Shown here: piece after piece, positions 60,184-64,000 of the stretch
Layout: each line of letters starts with the position of its first letter
Numbering within the stretch: position 1 is the first letter of the stretch
Source: Patescibacteria group bacterium
GTDB lineage: Bacteria; Patescibacteriota; Minisyncoccia; Phycocordibacterales; Phycocordibacteraceae
Assembly (NCBI GenBank): GCA_038064595.1
Contig: JBBTSV010000003.1
Coordinates: forward strand, 41,150 to 105,149
Length of the DNA: 64,000 nt
Direction: 5' to 3'
The notes under the pieces: model-generated
The model's database searches: none
Seen by the model: only the letters and a program-made list of their open reading frames with translations
What the model was told of the DNA's origin: nothing
Translations under genes and position numbers: made by a program

Positions 60184-60505
60184 ACGGGACGAAAATGGTG
60201 CGGGTAAGGGTAACCGATCTTCCGAAGCGGTCTTCTGCTTCAACGGTAAGTATAGACCCTCCCTGTGGGAAGGTCAGCGTTGACGAAAAGTATCCCTGCT
60301 GGTCATATCCCAACGGGAGTCCGTTGAGCGCGAGGCGAGTAATGCGCGCGGCTACCCCGCTCACTGTTACGATACTACCGGTCACTTCCGCAAATTCTTC
60401 AGGGGTGGAGATGGAGAGGGAGGGACCCGCAAGAAGTGGCCACGCCTTAAACACGCCGTACCCTCCACTGATAAGGAGTATGACACCAATGAGGTATTTG
60501 GTCAT
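60173..60505 (-). CDS. Small membrane-anchored Ig-like protein
   Basis: TM helix then GP.L.I..P...V.G......LNG...A.DRFG. Confidence 0.65.
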   Translation of the reverse strand: MTKYLIGVILLISGGYGVFKAWPLLAGPSLSISTPEEFAEVTGSIVTVSGVAARITRLALNGLPLGYDQQGYFSSTLTFPQGGSILTVEAEDRFGRSVTLTRTIFVPYAY

Positions 60506-60514
60506 ACTAGCGTA

Positions 60515-62761
60515 TCAGAACTCGTTGTCGGTTTCCACGTCTGGCGTTCGATTGCTCGCATTTCCCGTACGTACCTCGCGCGGCTTTGAGCCATCGGCCG
60601 GACCAATGACCCCCTTTGCCTCAAGGACGTCCATAAGCCGAGCGGCACGCGAGTACCCGATTTTCAGTTTCCGTTGAAGATAGGAGGTCGATGCCCGCCC
60701 CACCTCTTCGACTGCAGCCTGCGCGTCCTCATAGAGGTCGTCGTCAATATCGTCGTCGAAGGTGCCGTTTACCAGACCAATCACGTCGCTTGGTTCTACA
60801 GCGATGTTCGTTCCGTTCCCACCAAAATCGATACTGGAGAGATCACCAGCATTATGACTCTTGATATAGTGCACCACCTTCTTTACCTCATTTTCACTAA
60901 TGTATGCGGTTTGGAGGCGGATTGGTTTTTGCATATCGCTTGCTAGATAGAGCATGTCGCCTGCGCCGAGGAGTGACTCGGCCCCCGACCCGTCGAGAAT
61001 CGTACGCGAGTCGATCTGTGAGGCGACCTGGAGTGCCATGCGTGCAGGAACGTTTGCCTTAATGAGACCAGTAATGACGTTTACTGAAGGACGTTGTGTG
61101 GAGAGAATAAGGTGGATACCCACCGCGCGTGACATCTGGGCAAGACGGACGATCGATGCTTCAAGCTCGCGTGGGTAGCTGTGCATGATATCCGCAAGTT
61201 CGTCGATGACGATTACGATATACGGCATTGCTTCGGGGAGCTCACGAGTATCATCGGCAGAAGATCCACGGAGGACCGATTTTTTGGCTGGTTCGTAAAT
61301 CGTCGTGTGGTAGGAGTCAATATCTCGGACTCGTTCAGTTTCAAGCACGTTGTAGCGGCGCTCCATTTCTTTGATAGCCCACTTGAGCGAGAGGATCGTC
61401 TTCTTCGGGTCGGTGATGACCGGAGTCAAAAGGTGGGGGATGCCGTTGTAGGCAGTGAGTTCGACCCGCTTTGGATCAATCATGATAAAACGCAGCTGGT
61501 TGGGACCATTACGATAGAGGAGAGAGGTGACGAGCGCGTGAATTGCCACCGATTTCCCGGAGCCCGTTGCCCCCGCAACAAGTCCGTGGGGCATTTTCGC
61601 AATATTGACGTAGTGTGGCGTACCGCTAATATCGCGCCCAAGGGCCGCAAGGAGCGGCTTGGTGCTCTGCTCCCACTCGTGACTGATGAGCAGGCCACCG
61701 AGACCAACCATTGCTTTGATTGTGTTAGGCACCTCGATACCCACGAGCGACTTGCCCGGGATCGGTGCCTCGATGCGTACCGGGTGAGCCGCGAGAGCGA
61801 GCTCTAGATTATTTGCCAGAGAAACAATCTTTGAGAGGCGCACACCCTCGGCGGGTTTTACCGCGTAGCGCGTGACGGTGGGGCCCACCGAGACCTCGTC
61901 CATCTCTAGGTTGATACCAAAGTTCTGGAAGGTGCGTTTGATAATGTTGGCGTTCGCTTTAATATCGCCAACCCCGGGCTTTCCTTTATCGGTGCCGAGA
62001 AGCGAGAGAGGAGGGGGTTCGTACTCGCCGTCAAAGTTGGCAATACCCACTCCGGTACCAAGCTCACCTGTGGGGCGATTAAACACCGTCACCACGGGCT
62101 CTCGTTCTTCATCGGGGAGAGGCGGAGGCAGGGGATCCTCTTCAAAGTTTTCTTCAGACGACGGATCGGGGACGCCGACGACCCCCTCCTCGGTTTCTTC
62201 AAACATCTCGTTCTCACGTGTGCGGCGCATACGTTGCCAGAGGGTCATCACGTTTTGACCGAGAAAGATAGCGATCGCCTCAATGTCAGTAAGAATAGCG
62301 AGCCCGATAGTTATCGTGGCACAGAGGAGGACGAGGGATCCCCAGAATCCGAAGAATTGTTTCAGCATATCCCCGCTCCACGTTCCCACGACTCCCCCGA
62401 AGTCGGTTCCCGGGAAGAGGCCGGCGAACGCGAGAATAGAGGCCGCGATAACGAGCACCCCTGACGTCGCTAGGGGTGCGAGCGCAGGGCGACCAAAGCC
62501 TGCATAGAGTCCGATAGCGATCAGTATGAATGGGAGTAGGAAAGCGCCGATACCGAGTGCGGCATAGCTTGCGGAGAAAATTGCATTACCCACGGGGCCT
62601 GACCCATGAAAGATGGAGAGAATAAGGAGCACACCTGCCGTACAGAGGAGGATTGCCGACGCATATCGGACAACCACATCATACTCGCGCACCGCTTCGT
62701 CACGACGATCGCGCGCGCGCCCGCGATCATTACCGCGCTGCTTTCCGTTGCTTCGACTCAT
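60515..62761 (-). CDS. ftsK: DNA translocase FtsK/SpoIIIE
   Basis: N-terminal TM helices; GATGSGKS, IDPKRVEL, IDELAD, QRPSV; gamma domain STSYLQRKLKIGYSRAAR. Confidence 0.97.
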   Translation of the reverse strand: MSRSNGKQRGNDRGRARDRRDEAVREYDVVVRYASAILLCTAGVLLILSIFHGSGPVGNAIFSASYAALGIGAFLLPFILIAIGLYAGFGRPALAPLATSGVLVIAASILAFAGLFPGTDFGGVVGTWSGDMLKQFFGFWGSLVLLCATITIGLAILTDIEAIAIFLGQNVMTLWQRMRRTRENEMFEETEEGVVGVPDPSSEENFEEDPLPPPLPDEEREPVVTVFNRPTGELGTGVGIANFDGEYEPPPLSLLGTDKGKPGVGDIKANANIIKRTFQNFGINLEMDEVSVGPTVTRYAVKPAEGVRLSKIVSLANNLELALAAHPVRIEAPIPGKSLVGIEVPNTIKAMVGLGGLLISHEWEQSTKPLLAALGRDISGTPHYVNIAKMPHGLVAGATGSGKSVAIHALVTSLLYRNGPNQLRFIMIDPKRVELTAYNGIPHLLTPVITDPKKTILSLKWAIKEMERRYNVLETERVRDIDSYHTTIYEPAKKSVLRGSSADDTRELPEAMPYIVIVIDELADIMHSYPRELEASIVRLAQMSRAVGIHLILSTQRPSVNVITGLIKANVPARMALQVASQIDSRTILDGSGAESLLGAGDMLYLASDMQKPIRLQTAYISENEVKKVVHYIKSHNAGDLSSIDFGGNGTNIAVEPSDVIGLVNGTFDDDIDDDLYEDAQAAVEEVGRASTSYLQRKLKIGYSRAARLMDVLEAKGVIGPADGSKPREVRTGNASNRTPDVETDNEF

Positions 62762-62848
62762 GGTACATATATTGTATCACCCCGCGCCGTCTGCGTGAGA
62801 CCGGAAGCTTGCAAGGACTCGTCAAGGACGTATACTGTCCCATAACAT

Positions 62849-63643
62849 ATGGGACAAGAGATATCGTCTATCAGACAAGAGTCAGACATGTCTAATAAGA
62901 CACGTGGCGGTAAGGACACGCAAGTAAATGATTTCGTCCTAGAAAAAAGCATATTTAATAACGTATTTGAAAAGGACATACGTAGAGTATTTGTGTATAA
63001 AAAGGCAGAGCGTCTCGCAAAGGCGATCCACCTCATCACCCCCGCATTTACAGAGTCACCGGCACTTCGTGATCGAATTGACACGATCGCTATTGCTCTG
63101 ATAGACGCCGCTATAGAGCCAACTGCCGGTGCCCGACGCACACTGTCACGTGAGCTTCTCGCGCTCTCAAGCCTTCTTTCTATAGCGCGTATCGGCGGCC
63201 TTCTTTCGGCAATGAATGTCGAGCTCATTGCCCACGAAGCGCGAGCGCTACTTCACGAAGTTGCTGGGTATGAAGAGCCTCGCGTATTTCTCGATACAGC
63301 TCCCAGTCTTGCTGATATGGCAAAACAAATGGTGAGACAAGATTATCAGAGGGCGTCCGAACGGAGCACATCACGAGGTATCAATCATAATTCGTTATCT
63401 CCTGAAACGCAGAAGCAGACGATAAAGGACACAGGAAGTATAAAGGACAAAAGGACGCATAACCGGCGGGATACTATATTGTCCGTTATAAAAAATAAGC
63501 GAAAGGCCAGTATCAAGGACGTTTCTACTCTCATCCGGGACGTTTCTGAAAAAACTATCCAGCGAGAACTCCTCGCTCTGGTGGCAGAAGGCATCCTAAT
63601 AAAGGAAGGGGAGCGTCGCTGGAGCACGTACACTCTCGCATAA
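62849..63643 (+). CDS. Helical protein with C-terminal DeoR-like wHTH
   Basis: RRDTILSVI.....SIKDV......VSEKTIQRELL.LV..G.L.KEGERRWSTY; start may be 62888. Confidence 0.75.
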   Translation: MGQEISSIRQESDMSNKTRGGKDTQVNDFVLEKSIFNNVFEKDIRRVFVYKKAERLAKAIHLITPAFTESPALRDRIDTIAIALIDAAIEPTAGARRTLSRELLALSSLLSIARIGGLLSAMNVELIAHEARALLHEVAGYEEPRVFLDTAPSLADMAKQMVRQDYQRASERSTSRGINHNSLSPETQKQTIKDTGSIKDKRTHNRRDTILSVIKNKRKASIKDVSTLIRDVSEKTIQRELLALVAEGILIKEGERRWSTYTLA

Positions 63644-63658
63644 GCTCTAGGCTGGATT

Positions 63659-63687
63659 TTGACTCACCGCCCTCGATCTGCTATCAT
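63659..63687 (+). promoter_or_regulatory. Sigma70 promoter TTGACT-N17-TATCAT with extended TG
   Basis: Near-consensus hexamers with optimal spacing. Confidence 0.65.
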
Positions 63688-63766
63688 AGTCTTGTGGTAG
63701 CAGCTCTGACATAGGGCGAAGAAAAGGTCGGAAACGACCTTATTTTGCGTGCTCTGTTGGGCAATG

Positions 63767-63775
63767 TTATCCACA
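63767..63775 (+). promoter_or_regulatory. DnaA box
   Basis: Perfect TTATCCACA in an intergenic region (single copy). Confidence 0.55.
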
Positions 63776-64000
63776 CGTTTTCTTCGGGATATAGTGGTTT
63801 CCGCTATATACTGGCTACTAGTCCTTGCGGGGACAACTGTTCCCCGAAGGGCGTACTTTGATAACTGAATAGTCCTCGAGAGAGGACATCAACCCTTGCC
63901 AACTAACCCATGGCGTACTGGTCGATACCGTACGCTGTGGGGTAGTGTGAAATGTGCAGTGCTCACACGAACTCAACTTGATTATTATGTGCGCTATAAA

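Overview
Chromosomal segment that looks like Patescibacteria/CPR, probably Parcubacteria. This is inferred from rplK with no rplA next to it, rpsF-ssb-rpsR with no rplI, type IV pilus genes, TANNNT-N6/7-ATG leaderless starts and HTH/LAGLIDADG genes beside tRNAs. Most of the window is housekeeping: ruvABC, polA, recA, recO, ftsK, ileS/argS/glyQS/metG, ribosomal proteins, thyX-dcd-tmk-glyA and 9 tRNAs. The standout is a complete diversity-generating retroelement (DGR) at about 26.4-33.9 kb. It has an RT, an inverted avd, a 126-bp template repeat (32331-32456) and two variable repeats (29374-29499, 31945-32070). All 21 and 24 VR mismatches fall on TR adenines, and each VR is followed by a covarying hairpin. 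One target is a hypervariable domain fused to a MoxR/AAA_5 ATPase, the other is a free-standing paralogue, and both lie beside a HExxH-VWA protein, suggesting a diversified cytoplasmic AAA+/VWA machine. Other leads: a ThiF + CoA-ligase + nitroreductase + 7TM histidine kinase island (possible small-molecule signalling), two DNA-binding genes each bracketed by their own palindromes (one palindrome recurs inside argS and tatD), an unannotated ~160-nt structured RNA at 2035-2192, a transposase-less 25-bp inverted-repeat cassette, an IleRS with an inserted histidine phosphatase domain, and tRNA-Arg(GCG). All calls are by eye; no searches were run.
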